NCBI GenBank assembly: GCA_963832495.1 | Contig: CAWHUF010000012.1 | Coordinates: 74,140-138,139, forward strand | Source: an uncultured Acidobacteriota bacterium | GTDB taxonomy: Bacteria > Acidobacteriota > Thermoanaerobaculia > Multivoradales > UBA5704 | DNA length: 64,000 nt | Direction of reading: 5' to 3' | In this document: positions 25,834-34,319 of the stretch, in pieces | Position numbering within the stretch: the stretch's first letter is position 1 | Layout of the letters: every line of letters starts with the position of its first letter | The notes under the pieces: generated by a model | The model's input: only the letters and a program-made list of their open reading frames with translations | Told to the model about the DNA's origin: nothing | The model's database searches: none | Position numbers and translations under genes: made by a program

Positions 25834-26303
25834 CAGGTCACGGGTTGATCTCGGTCCTCCGGCCCCGGTCCGGGACGGAGGAGTTGGGAGGCGCCTCTGG
25901 AGGTTTGGACAGGGAAAAGAGGATTTCGGTTCCGGAGAGGCGCTCTGGAAAGAGGCGCGAACAGGTTGGGAGGAGTTTTTCGGGGAGCAGGAGGCGCCGA
26001 GAGGCTCGCGGGGCGGCATTCAGGTTCGCGGCGCTTTCCATTTGGGGCGGCGGGCTTTCCCGTAGGGGCGGCGGGCTTTCCAAAAGGGTCGATTTGCTTT
26101 CCCGTAGGGGCGGCAGGCTTTCCATTTGGGGCGGTCTGCTTTCCATTTGGGGTGGCGGGCTTTCCCGTAGGGGCGGCGAGCTTTCCATTTGGGGCGGCCT
26201 GCTTTCCAAAAGGGTCTCCGGAGCTTCCGCCGGGGGTAAAAGTGCTTCCGTCCCGGGTTGCGGGATGTCCGCCGGGGTCAGAGATAGGCACCACCGTACT
26301 CAC
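25833..26303 (-). CDS. Possible low-complexity heptad-repeat protein upstream of exbD; coding status uncertain
   Basis: 156-aa ORF with a GTG start. Its TGA stop overlaps the exbD ATG at 25833 as TGATG. It has no TM segment, signal peptide or recognisable domain. Repeat codons are A/T-ending (CCA AAT GGA AAG), which is unusual for this genome. Confidence 0.3.
   Translation of the reverse strand: MSTVVPISDPGGHPATRDGSTFTPGGSSGDPFGKQAAPNGKLAAPTGKPATPNGKQTAPNGKPAAPTGKQIDPFGKPAAPTGKPAAPNGKRREPECRPASLSAPPAPRKTPPNLFAPLSRAPLRNRNPLFPVQTSRGASQLLRPGPGPEDRDQPVT
26034..26216. repeat. About 8.7 x 21-bp tandem array, GCTTTCC(ATTT/CGTA/AAAA)GGGGCGGCGG
   Basis: Read directly. The units stay in exact 21-nt phase. 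On the minus strand they encode the heptads P-[NTF]-G-K-[PQL]-[AT]-[AT]. All six frames are open across the array. Confidence 0.9.
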
Positions 26304-26442
26304 GGACGCTTCGTCCCGGCCGCGAGCCGTTCCGACGGGGTCAACGGGAGGAGGCGCCGGGGAATCAGAAGAGCTGGAAGAGCACGAACACGATCCAGAC
26401 CGCCAAAAGCAGCCCCAGGAGGCTGCGCGGCAGAAAGCAGAA

Positions 26443-26552
26443 GCAAGGACACCAGGGACAGCAAGGACGACAAGGACCTCAAAGCAGAAAGGGTGGTAAC
26501 AATCCTGGTATTTTATTGTCCCTGTTGTCCTTGCTGTCCTTGATGTCCTTGC
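26443..26552. repeat. GGACA-type inverted-repeat (hairpin) element, copy B
   Basis: The left arm is GCAAGGACACCAGGGACAGCAAGGACGACAAGGAC. After a 40-nt loop, the right arm GTCCCTGTTGTCCTTGCTGTCCTTGATGTCCTTGC is its reverse complement with 4 transitions. The left arm is nearly identical to that of copy A. The element ends 3 nt before the stop of the OMP gene. Confidence 0.9.
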
Positions 26553-26555
26553 TTG

Positions 26556-27227
26556 TCAGAATCTGAATCCCACCCCGAGATAGCCGCCGTATGCGAGGTA
26601 GTCGTCGATCGATCCGGTCCGGCCGGAAACGCGGTCGTTCAGTTTCCAGTCCGCGAAGTGCTGGTCGGCGCGCAGAGCGAATTCCAGGAAGAAGCGGCTG
26701 CCCAGGCGGCTGTGGAAGCCCGCCAGCAACGAGGCGATGATCTCGGAGTCGGCGTCGGTCTCGATGTCGAAGGTGCCCCCTCCTTCCAGGGGACCCGTGG
26801 CGCCGGGCACGTCGATGGTGGCGAAGCCGAGGCCGGCTCCCAGGAACCAGGTGGTCCGGCCGCCGGAACGGCCGAAGTTGCGCTGGAGCCAGGCGCTCAG
26901 CACAGTCGCTTCCGCCACGACGTCAACGGGCTCGAGGTCCTGGTCCTGCTGGAGGCCCAGGATGCGGGCCGGCTCTTCGAAGTCGTATTCGGTCTGATCC
27001 ACGGCCAGGCCGAGCGACCATCGATCACTGAAGTTGTAGTGGCCGAAGACTCCGAAGCCCGGGATGTCGTTGGCCGGCTCGCCGTCCGCGGCGGTGATGA
27101 TCCCCCGGATGCCGAGGTCGAAGCGCTGTTCCTGCGCGGCAGCCGCCTTTTCGAATGAGAGCGCCGCGAACGGCAGCACCGCCAGGGCCAGGATCGCTGC
27201 AAGGTGAAGCTTTGAAACTTCTCTCAT
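26556..27227 (-). CDS. Outer-membrane beta-barrel protein
   Basis: Signal peptide MREVSKLHLAAILALAVLPFAALSF, alternating amphipathic strands and a C-terminal YLGVGFRF ending in Phe. Confidence 0.75.
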   Translation of the reverse strand: MREVSKLHLAAILALAVLPFAALSFEKAAAAQEQRFDLGIRGIITAADGEPANDIPGFGVFGHYNFSDRWSLGLAVDQTEYDFEEPARILGLQQDQDLEPVDVVAEATVLSAWLQRNFGRSGGRTTWFLGAGLGFATIDVPGATGPLEGGGTFDIETDADSEIIASLLAGFHSRLGSRFFLEFALRADQHFADWKLNDRVSGRTGSIDDYLAYGGYLGVGFRF

Positions 27228-27358
27228 GAGTCGTCTCCTTTCTGCCCTCCGGATTGAGCGTAGGGGGCGAAGATTAGGATTGGGTGAAGATGGGGGGAGG
27301 TCCTCATGTAATCTTCATCTCCAGGCCCTAACCTCAAACCGGCTCTGGTGGATATGCC

Positions 27359-28033
27359 ATGAAGCTGCTGGTGATCGAGGATTCCGAAAGACTCCGGCGT
27401 TCCCTCGGCCATGGGCTGCGCCGGGCGGGGTTCGCCGTGGACCTGACGGGGGACGGCCGCGAGGGGCTCGCCTTCGCGGAGGTGAATGATTACGACGTCA
27501 TCATCCTGGACCTGATGCTCCCCGGGATGGACGGCCTGACGGTGCTCCGCACGCTGCGCCGGAAGGGGCGAAAGACGCACGTCCTGATCCTCTCGGCCAA
27601 GGACCAGGTGCAGGACCGCATCCTGGGTCTGGAGCTGGGAGCGGACGATTACCTGGTGAAGCCCTTCGCCTTCGAGGAGCTGTGCGCCCGGGTGCGCGCT
27701 CTCATCCGCCGCCGGTATGAGACGAAGAATCCGCGGATCGTCCTGGGCAGCGTTGAAATCGATACGGCCCAGCGGAAGGTGTTTCTCGGCGGCCAGCCGG
27801 TGGCGCTGACTCCAACGGAGTACGCCTTGCTGGAGCTGCTCGCGTTGCGCCGGGGGCGGGTGGTGACGCGGGAGCAGATCCTCGCCCAGATCTACGAGAG
27901 CGAGACGGAGGTGGCGAGCAACGTGGTGGAGGTGCTGGTCTGCTCGCTGCGCAAAAAGATGCAGCCGGCGGGGGCGCCGCCGCTGATCGTGACGCGGCGC
28001 GGGAGCGGATATCTCATCGAGGCCGCCTCGTGA
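27359..28033 (+). CDS. OmpR-family response regulator
   Basis: MKLLVIEDSERL...DVIILDLMLPGMDG...ILSAKD...GADDYLVKPF is the receiver domain. A winged-helix domain follows (LTPTEYALLELLALRRGRVVTREQI...RRGSGYLI). Confidence 0.92.
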   Translation: MKLLVIEDSERLRRSLGHGLRRAGFAVDLTGDGREGLAFAEVNDYDVIILDLMLPGMDGLTVLRTLRRKGRKTHVLILSAKDQVQDRILGLELGADDYLVKPFAFEELCARVRALIRRRYETKNPRIVLGSVEIDTAQRKVFLGGQPVALTPTEYALLELLALRRGRVVTREQILAQIYESETEVASNVVEVLVCSLRKKMQPAGAPPLIVTRRGSGYLIEAAS

Positions 28034-29469
28034 ATTCGATCCGGCGGCGCCTGATCGGGCCGCTCCTGCTGGGTTCGAGCCTGCTGATCCTGGCGGCCGG
28101 CCTCCTGCTGAGCAGTTGGATCAGCCGGCGCCTGCTCGCGGAGCTGGATCATGCGCTGCTGGCCAAGGCGCGGGCGCTGGCCACGCTCACCGGGCAGGAG
28201 GCGGGCGAGGTGGAGATCGATTTCGCGGACGAGCACATGCCGGAGTTTTCGGCACCGGTGGAGCCCGAGTATTTCGAGCTTTGGCTGGCAGACGGCACGG
28301 TGCTGGAACGGTCCGAGTCGCTCGGGTCTCGCGATCTCCCCCGCTTCCCGCGCCTCGCGAAGGAGCCCCGGTTCCGGGACGTCCGGTTGCCCGACGGCCG
28401 GCCCGGGCGGCTGGTGGAGATCGATTTCGTCCCGCAATTCGAAGAAGACGAAAGCCCCTGGGCCGAGAAGCTCCTGGACCCGACCGCCCCCCTCCCCGCT
28501 CCCCATCTGCAGGCAGCGATGCTGGTGACGGCGCGAAGCCGGCGGGAGCTGAATACGCTGATCCGATCAATTTATGGGGTATCCATCGGCGTGGCGGCGC
28601 TGCTGGCGTCGGCGCTGGGCCTGCTGGTGCACGTCTCCGTGCGGCGCGGGCTGCAGCCGCTGGACGAGATCGGCCGGCAGGTGGAGATGCTGGACGCGGA
28701 GCGGCTCGATCAGCGGATCCGGATGGAGCCCGGGACGCTGGAGCTGGCCCCGGTGTTGGAGCGCCTGAACGCGCTGCTGGCCCGCCTGCAGGTGTCGTTC
28801 GAGCGGGAGCGCCGGTTTTCGAGCGACATCGCCCACGAGCTCCGGACGCCCATCGCGGAGCTGCGCAGCCTGGCGCAGGTGGGAGCCCGCTGGCCGGAGG
28901 ACCGGGAAAACGTGCGGTCGTACTTCCAGGACGTGGACGCCATCGCCCGGCAGATGGAGGGGACCGTGGTGAACCTGCTGTCGCTGGCCCGTTGCGACAG
29001 CGGCCTGGAGCGCCTGGAGACCGCCGAGGTGGAGCTCCGCGGGCTGGTCGAGGAGACCTGGAGCCGGTTCGCGCCGGAGGCGGAAAGGAAAGGGCTTGTG
29101 TTCGCCCTGGCCGAGGGGCCGCCGGTGACGGTGGTGAGCGACCGGGGGAAGCTGAGCCTGATTCTCTGGAACCTTTTTTCGAACGCGGTGGCGTACAGCC
29201 CGCCGGGGAGCACGGTGTCGTGCTCAGTGGATGAGTCCGGGATTGCGGTGGGCAACCCGGCTCCCCTGCTGGAGCCCGAGGACCTGCCGCACCTGTTCGA
29301 GCGGTTCTGGCGAAAGGACGCGGCGCGGACGGGGTCGCTTCACGCGGGGCTGGGGTTGCCTCTGGCGCGGGCTTTTGCGGAGTTGCTGGGGTGGGAGATA
29401 TCGGTGGAGTTGGAGGGTGGGCGGGTGGTGGTGCGCGTGTCCCGCTTCGCAGGGCTCCAGCACCAGTAG
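28030..29469 (+). CDS. Sensor histidine kinase (two TM segments, periplasmic domain, HisKA-HATPase)
   Basis: 4-nt overlap with the response regulator gene. H-box is SSDIAHELRTPIAEL, N-box is LWNLFSNAVAYSP, and G-boxes include GLGLPLARAFAELLGW. Confidence 0.92.
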   Translation: MNSIRRRLIGPLLLGSSLLILAAGLLLSSWISRRLLAELDHALLAKARALATLTGQEAGEVEIDFADEHMPEFSAPVEPEYFELWLADGTVLERSESLGSRDLPRFPRLAKEPRFRDVRLPDGRPGRLVEIDFVPQFEEDESPWAEKLLDPTAPLPAPHLQAAMLVTARSRRELNTLIRSIYGVSIGVAALLASALGLLVHVSVRRGLQPLDEIGRQVEMLDAERLDQRIRMEPGTLELAPVLERLNALLARLQVSFERERRFSSDIAHELRTPIAELRSLAQVGARWPEDRENVRSYFQDVDAIARQMEGTVVNLLSLARCDSGLERLETAEVELRGLVEETWSRFAPEAERKGLVFALAEGPPVTVVSDRGKLSLILWNLFSNAVAYSPPGSTVSCSVDESGIAVGNPAPLLEPEDLPHLFERFWRKDAARTGSLHAGLGLPLARAFAELLGWEISVELEGGRVVVRVSRFAGLQHQ

Positions 29470-29488
29470 GAATGAAAGGAGAGAAAGA

Positions 29489-29734
29489 ATGAGAAGAAAG
29501 TTCTTCCTTTTGGTAGCGCTTGTCGCAGTCTTCCTTGCTTCCTGGTCCGCGCCAGGCTCACAGGCCTGCGAGTTCTGCAACGTAACAGGCTACCCGGTGT
29601 GCCAGACGAAGGACGGCACGGCCTGCTCGGTGCCGGGCGCGTCCAGGCGCTGCATCGTGAGCCCCCAGTGTTATTGCGAGTGGGGTGTCTGCCTGTGCGA
29701 CGGCGCCACGGGCACGTGGAACTGTTTCTGGTGA
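29489..29734 (+). CDS. Small secreted cysteine-rich peptide (81-aa precursor; 10 Cys in about 55 mature residues)
   Basis: ATG at codon 87 of track ORF 29231..29734, preceded by AAAGGAGAG, and 19 nt after the HK stop. MRRKFFLLVALVAVFLASWSAPGSQA | CEFCNVTGYPVCQTKDGTACSVPGASRRCIVSPQCYCEWGVCLCDGATGTWNCFW. Confidence 0.6.
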   Translation: MRRKFFLLVALVAVFLASWSAPGSQACEFCNVTGYPVCQTKDGTACSVPGASRRCIVSPQCYCEWGVCLCDGATGTWNCFW

Positions 29735-29781
29735 GCCTTTGAACGCCGGTGTCGAGGGGGGGGCCAGGGCCCCCTTGGCCT

Positions 29782-30531
29782 TCACTGCCGTGCCGCCACC
29801 TCCTCGGGCTTGCCCTCCCCGCCCGCCACCTTCACCTCGTCCTTGCAGCCGTAGACGTAGACGGGCGTGCCCTTGGGCACCATCTTGGGCAGGCTGTTGG
29901 AGGCGAACATGGGGATGCGGATGCAGCCGTGGCTTGCCGGGTAGGCAGGCACGTCCAGGCTGCCGTGGATGGCGATGCCGCCCACGATGTAGAGGGGGTT
30001 GTGCATCTCGCCGAGCGGGCTCTTCTTCCACCCGGACATCTTCTGGTAGACCTCCAGGCGCCCACAGGGCGTGATGGCGTGGGTCTCCGGATAGCCGTTC
30101 TCGTAGAAACGCTTGCCGCTGCCGGAGGAGATGGGGAGGATGTTCCCCATCTTGCCCTCGGCGTCCACGAGGAAGAGCACCTGGCGGGCGATGTCCACTT
30201 CAACGTGAGGCCCCTGTTTGTGGCGCGGCCTGAACGGCGCGGCTACGGAGAGGGCGTTCCACTCGGCGCGCGTCAGGCGGCCCGTGGGCTTGGCTTTCTG
30301 GAGCTTCTGGAAAGCGGTGAGAGCGTGGCGCGAAGATCCATCCCAGACGCCGTCGACCGGCCCGGTCCAGAAGCCGAGATCGGCGAGCCAGCGCTCGGCC
30401 TGGCGGATCTCGTCCTTGGTGAGCGTGGCCTTCTGGATTGAGACGGCGGGAACGGCGCTCAGCAGGAAAACGACGGGAAGACAGACGGCGGCGACTGCGG
30501 TGACTGCGAAACGGCGGCGGAACGGCGACAT
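29782..30531 (-). CDS. L,D-transpeptidase (YkuD) with an N-terminal peptidoglycan-binding domain
   Basis: The PG_binding_1-like part is AERWLADLGFWTGPVDGVWDGSSRHALTAFQK. The catalytic motif is HGSLDVPAYPASHGCIRIP. Confidence 0.9.
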   Translation of the reverse strand: MSPFRRRFAVTAVAAVCLPVVFLLSAVPAVSIQKATLTKDEIRQAERWLADLGFWTGPVDGVWDGSSRHALTAFQKLQKAKPTGRLTRAEWNALSVAAPFRPRHKQGPHVEVDIARQVLFLVDAEGKMGNILPISSGSGKRFYENGYPETHAITPCGRLEVYQKMSGWKKSPLGEMHNPLYIVGGIAIHGSLDVPAYPASHGCIRIPMFASNSLPKMVPKGTPVYVYGCKDEVKVAGGEGKPEEVAARQ

Positions 30532-30623
30532 CGAGAACCCCCTTGCGCCCGGAGCGGCGGCCCCCCAGGGGCCGCATTCCTCTTGTTGTCTTTAATATAT
30601 ACGCCAAAAACCCCGCGATGTCC

Positions 30624-31805
30624 TCATCCGGGCACCAAAGGCTCCAGCAACAGAGATGCCAACAAGGCCGTCCGCTCGGGCATGTGGTCCAGCAGGACGT
30701 GCTCGTGCACCGCGTGGGCGCCGTCGCCCACGGCTCCGAGGCCGTCGAGGGTGGGGACGATGCGGCTGGTGAGGCTGCCGTCGGAAGCGCCGCCGGCCGT
30801 ACCTTCGTCCAGGGGAATCCCCAGCTCGGCGGCGCGGCGCCGGGCGGCTTCCCAGAGGAGGCGGTTGCCCGGGGTGGCTTCGAGCGGGGGCCGGTCGATG
30901 CCGCCCAGGACTTCCAGGCTCGTGCCCGGGGTGGAGGAGGTGAGCTCCTGGATGGTCTTTTCGAGCCGCACGGCGTCTTCCCAGGCGAGCACGCGGACGT
31001 CGAGCTCGGCGCGGGCCTCCGGGGCCACCACGTTGGCCCGCAGGCCGCCGGAGACGACGCCCACGTTGATGGTGATCCCGCGTTCCGGATCGGCCAGGGC
31101 GTAGAGGGTGTGGATCACCCGGGCCAGCTCCAGGATGGCGCTCGCCCCCTTTTCGGGGTCGAGGCCGGAGTGCGCGGCCCGGCCGTGGATCCGGATCGAG
31201 AAGCGGAGCGATCCCTTGCGGCGGGTCTTGATCTTCCCTTCCGGTCCCAGGGAGGGCTCCAGCACGAAGACGCGGCGCACGTACCGGGCGAGGCGCTCGA
31301 TGCGCGGCAGGGACTCGGCGCTGCCGATCTCCTCGTCGGAATTGATGAAGAAGGCGGGCTCCACCCCAGGCTCCAGGCCCAGGTCGCGGAGGGCCCGCAA
31401 GGCGAAGATCCCCTGGACCAGCCCCGCCTTCATGTCGTAGACGCCGGGACCCGTCAGACGGCCGTCCCGGATCTCGGCGGGCATGGAGGCGAGCGTGCCC
31501 GCGGGCCAGACGGTGTCGCAGTGGCCGAGGAGGAGCTGGGCCGGAGCGCCGCGGTGCCTCCCCTTGCGCACGGCCCAGAGCTGTCCGCCGGAACGGCGTC
31601 CTGAAAGGCGGCGCGTGCGCAGGCCCGAGATTTCGAGCTCCGCGGCGAGGCGGGCGAAGACGGGCTCCTGGGAAGCGGCGTCGAGGGAGGGGGATTCGAG
31701 GAGGGCCAGGTCGCGCAGGAGGGCGGCCATGGCGTCCTGGCGGACGCGGAGGTGGTCGAGGAGGATGCGGGCGGTGTCGGTCACGGGGTGGGAATGGTAT
31801 CCCAC
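30624..31805 (-). CDS. M20 family metallopeptidase (carboxypeptidase G2-like)
   Basis: LLLGHCDTVWP, GPGVYDMKAG and NSDEEIGS are the metal-ligand motifs of M20/M25/M40 enzymes. Confidence 0.85.
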   Translation of the reverse strand: MGYHSHPVTDTARILLDHLRVRQDAMAALLRDLALLESPSLDAASQEPVFARLAAELEISGLRTRRLSGRRSGGQLWAVRKGRHRGAPAQLLLGHCDTVWPAGTLASMPAEIRDGRLTGPGVYDMKAGLVQGIFALRALRDLGLEPGVEPAFFINSDEEIGSAESLPRIERLARYVRRVFVLEPSLGPEGKIKTRRKGSLRFSIRIHGRAAHSGLDPEKGASAILELARVIHTLYALADPERGITINVGVVSGGLRANVVAPEARAELDVRVLAWEDAVRLEKTIQELTSSTPGTSLEVLGGIDRPPLEATPGNRLLWEAARRRAAELGIPLDEGTAGGASDGSLTSRIVPTLDGLGAVGDGAHAVHEHVLLDHMPERTALLASLLLEPLVPG

Positions 31806-31816
31806 CCCAAGACCCC

Positions 31817-34258
31817 TCAGTCGTACCGGATCGCCACCAGCGGGTCCGTCCGCATGGCCCTTCGTGCCGGGATCCAGCAGGCGATGAAGGCGATGGAGGC
31901 GAGGATGAGCGAGACCAGGGTGAAGGTGGCCGGGTCCTGCGGCTTGATGCCGATGAGGACGTTCGCCAGGAGGAACGAGGCGCCGAACGCGAGGATGAGG
32001 CCGGCCACGAGGCCGATGCTGAGTTGCAGCATGCCCTGGCGCAGGATCATCCGCAGCACGCTCTCGCGCTGGGCGCCGAGGGCCATGCGGATGCCGATCT
32101 CCTGGGTGCGCTGGTGCACGGAGAAGGCGATCACTCCATAGATGCCCACGGAGGCGAGCAGCAGGGCGGCGATGCCGAAGATGGCGAAGAGCGTGGCGAA
32201 GAGGTTGGGGAAGAACATGCCGCGCTCCATGATCTGCTCCATGGAGAAGACGAAGTAGATGGGCAGGTCGGGATCGAGGGCGTTGACCTGCTGGCGCACC
32301 ACGGTGGTCAGAGCCAGCGGGTTGCCCGTACGGGAGCGGGCGGTGAGGCTGACGAATCCCGGGCAGCGCTGGGAGAGCGGCAGGTAGAAGCCGTCCGCGC
32401 CCTCTTCGTCGTCGTTGTCGATGCCCTCGATCTTGAGGTCGGGTACGACGCCGATGACGGTGCGCCAGGGGGGATTGGTCACGTCGTTCGGCTCTTCCTG
32501 GAGGCGGACGCGCTTGCCGAGCGGGTCCTGGCCGGGCCAGACCTTGGCGGCGAAGCTCTGGTTGACGATGACCACGGGCAGGCTGCCCGCCGTGTCGAGC
32601 CGCCCGAAGTCGCGGCCGGCCAGGATCTTGGCGCCGAAGACGTCGAAGAACCCGCGCGAGACCACGACCATGTGGGTCTGGGGCATGTCGCGCTCGGTGG
32701 GATAGGAGCCGCCTTCGAGACGGTACCGCCAGAGGCCGGAGCCGCCGCCCGGGATGTTGGTGGCGGCGGCGGCGCTGGCCACGTCCGGCTGGCTCGCCAG
32801 GCGCTCCAGGAGGTCCTCGAAAAAGGCCGCGCGCTTCGCTTCCTCGGGGTAGGTGGCCTCGAAGAGGGCGATGCGGGCGGTGAACAGGTTCTTGATCTCG
32901 AAGCCGAGGTCGAGCGTGCGCACGGCGACGACGCTGCGGATCATGAGACCGGCGCTCACGAGGAGCAGGCAGGAGAAGGCGACCTCGCCGATCACCACCA
33001 CGCGGCTGAAGCGGCCGAGGCGCAGACTGGAGGAGCCGCGGCCCTCGTCCTTGAGCACCTCGCCGACGTCGGTGCGCGAGGCCTGGAGCGCCGGCAGGAG
33101 CCCCGAGACCAGGGCCGCCAGCAAGGTCATGCCCAGGGCGAAGGCGAGAGCCACGGGATCGAGGGCGATCCGGATCCAGAACGGCGGGTTGGTGCCGGCG
33201 ATCGCGGTATTGAAGAGCTTGACTCCCCAGTAGGCGATGGCCACGCCGAGGACAGCGCCGAACGAGGAGAGGATCAGGCTCTCGAGCAGGAGCTGGAGCA
33301 CGACCCGCCCGCGGCCGGCGCCCAGGGAGGAGCGGATGGCGATCTCGCGGGTGCGGCGGGAGACGCGGGCCATCATCAGGCTCGCCACGTTGGTGCAGGC
33401 GAGCAGGAGCACGACCAGGCAGAACGTGAGCATGGTCCAGAGGAGCGTGGCGATCTCGCCGCCCGTGGCCTCTTTCATCCAGGGCTTGACCACGACCGTC
33501 CGGCCCTCGTTGGTCTTGGGATGCTCGGCGGCGATGGCCTTGGTGATGGCGTCCATCTCGGCCCGCGCCTGCCTCAGGGAGATGCCGTCGCGCAGGCGGC
33601 CCATGACTTCCAGGGTGTCCCCCTTGCCGCGCTCGACACGGACGGGATCGAGCCGGAGGGTGGTCCAGACCTCGGTGTCATTGGGGAAGGCGAAGCCCTG
33701 GGGCATGACGCCGGCGATGACGCCGGGCTGGCCGTTGATGCGCACGGTCCGGCCGAGCACCTTGGGGTCCCCCTGGTAGCGCTTCTTCCAGACGCCGTAG
33801 GAGAGGATGGCGGCCGGCTGGCCCTGGGGCGTGTCCTCCTCGGGGAGGAAGGAGCGGCCGAGGATGGGCTTGACGCGCAGGACATCGAAGCCGTTGGCGG
33901 AGATGAAGGTGCCGTCGTAGCGCTCGGGCTGGCCGTTGTCGCCGCTCAGGTTGAGGGTGCCGCCGCTGTAGCCGGCCAGGGCCTCGAAGGATTTCTGGCG
34001 CTCGCGCCAGTCGAGAAAGTCATGGAGGAAGACCTCGAGGCTGGGCTCTTCGCGGGAAGGGTTGGAGTTCTCGAGGTGCATCAGGCTCTCGGGCTCGGGG
34101 ACGGGCAATCCCCGGATCATGGCGCCATAGACGATGCTGAACATGGCGGTGGCGAGCCCGATGCCGAGCCCCAGGGCAAGTACCGCGGCCAGGGTTACCC
34201 CCGGGCTGCGGAAAAGCATGCGGACGCCGAAGCGAACGTCCTGGCCGACGGATGTCAT
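31817..34258 (-). CDS. ADOP-family duplicated FtsX/MacB-type permease (intact)
   Basis: 813 aa. The N-terminus MTSVGQDVRFGVRMLFRSPGVTLAAVLALGLGIGLATAMFS is typical. It has two MacB_PCD plus FtsX halves, and the C-terminus is RRAMRTDPLVAIRYD. No adjacent ABC ATPase gene. Confidence 0.85.
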   Translation of the reverse strand: MTSVGQDVRFGVRMLFRSPGVTLAAVLALGLGIGLATAMFSIVYGAMIRGLPVPEPESLMHLENSNPSREEPSLEVFLHDFLDWRERQKSFEALAGYSGGTLNLSGDNGQPERYDGTFISANGFDVLRVKPILGRSFLPEEDTPQGQPAAILSYGVWKKRYQGDPKVLGRTVRINGQPGVIAGVMPQGFAFPNDTEVWTTLRLDPVRVERGKGDTLEVMGRLRDGISLRQARAEMDAITKAIAAEHPKTNEGRTVVVKPWMKEATGGEIATLLWTMLTFCLVVLLLACTNVASLMMARVSRRTREIAIRSSLGAGRGRVVLQLLLESLILSSFGAVLGVAIAYWGVKLFNTAIAGTNPPFWIRIALDPVALAFALGMTLLAALVSGLLPALQASRTDVGEVLKDEGRGSSSLRLGRFSRVVVIGEVAFSCLLLVSAGLMIRSVVAVRTLDLGFEIKNLFTARIALFEATYPEEAKRAAFFEDLLERLASQPDVASAAAATNIPGGGSGLWRYRLEGGSYPTERDMPQTHMVVVSRGFFDVFGAKILAGRDFGRLDTAGSLPVVIVNQSFAAKVWPGQDPLGKRVRLQEEPNDVTNPPWRTVIGVVPDLKIEGIDNDDEEGADGFYLPLSQRCPGFVSLTARSRTGNPLALTTVVRQQVNALDPDLPIYFVFSMEQIMERGMFFPNLFATLFAIFGIAALLLASVGIYGVIAFSVHQRTQEIGIRMALGAQRESVLRMILRQGMLQLSIGLVAGLILAFGASFLLANVLIGIKPQDPATFTLVSLILASIAFIACWIPARRAMRTDPLVAIRYD

Positions 34259-34319
34259 GGAAGTGCCTCCCGGGATATTTACGTGGGAGGTGGGGGAATG
34301 TTACCAAGACCCCGGCGGC

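Noticed and set aside
25121-26216. Possible CRISPR arrays (two regularly spaced repeat arrays near 25.1-25.4 kb and 26.0-26.2 kb)
   Set aside because: The period is only 21 bp, with no unique spacers between units. The units are contiguous and degenerate, and there are no cas genes in the window. These are simple tandem repeats, not CRISPR.
25833-26303. Calling the heptad-repeat ORF a TonB
   Set aside because: It has a Pro/Lys-rich periodic region but no N-terminal TM anchor with an SHLS-type motif and no TonB C-terminal domain.
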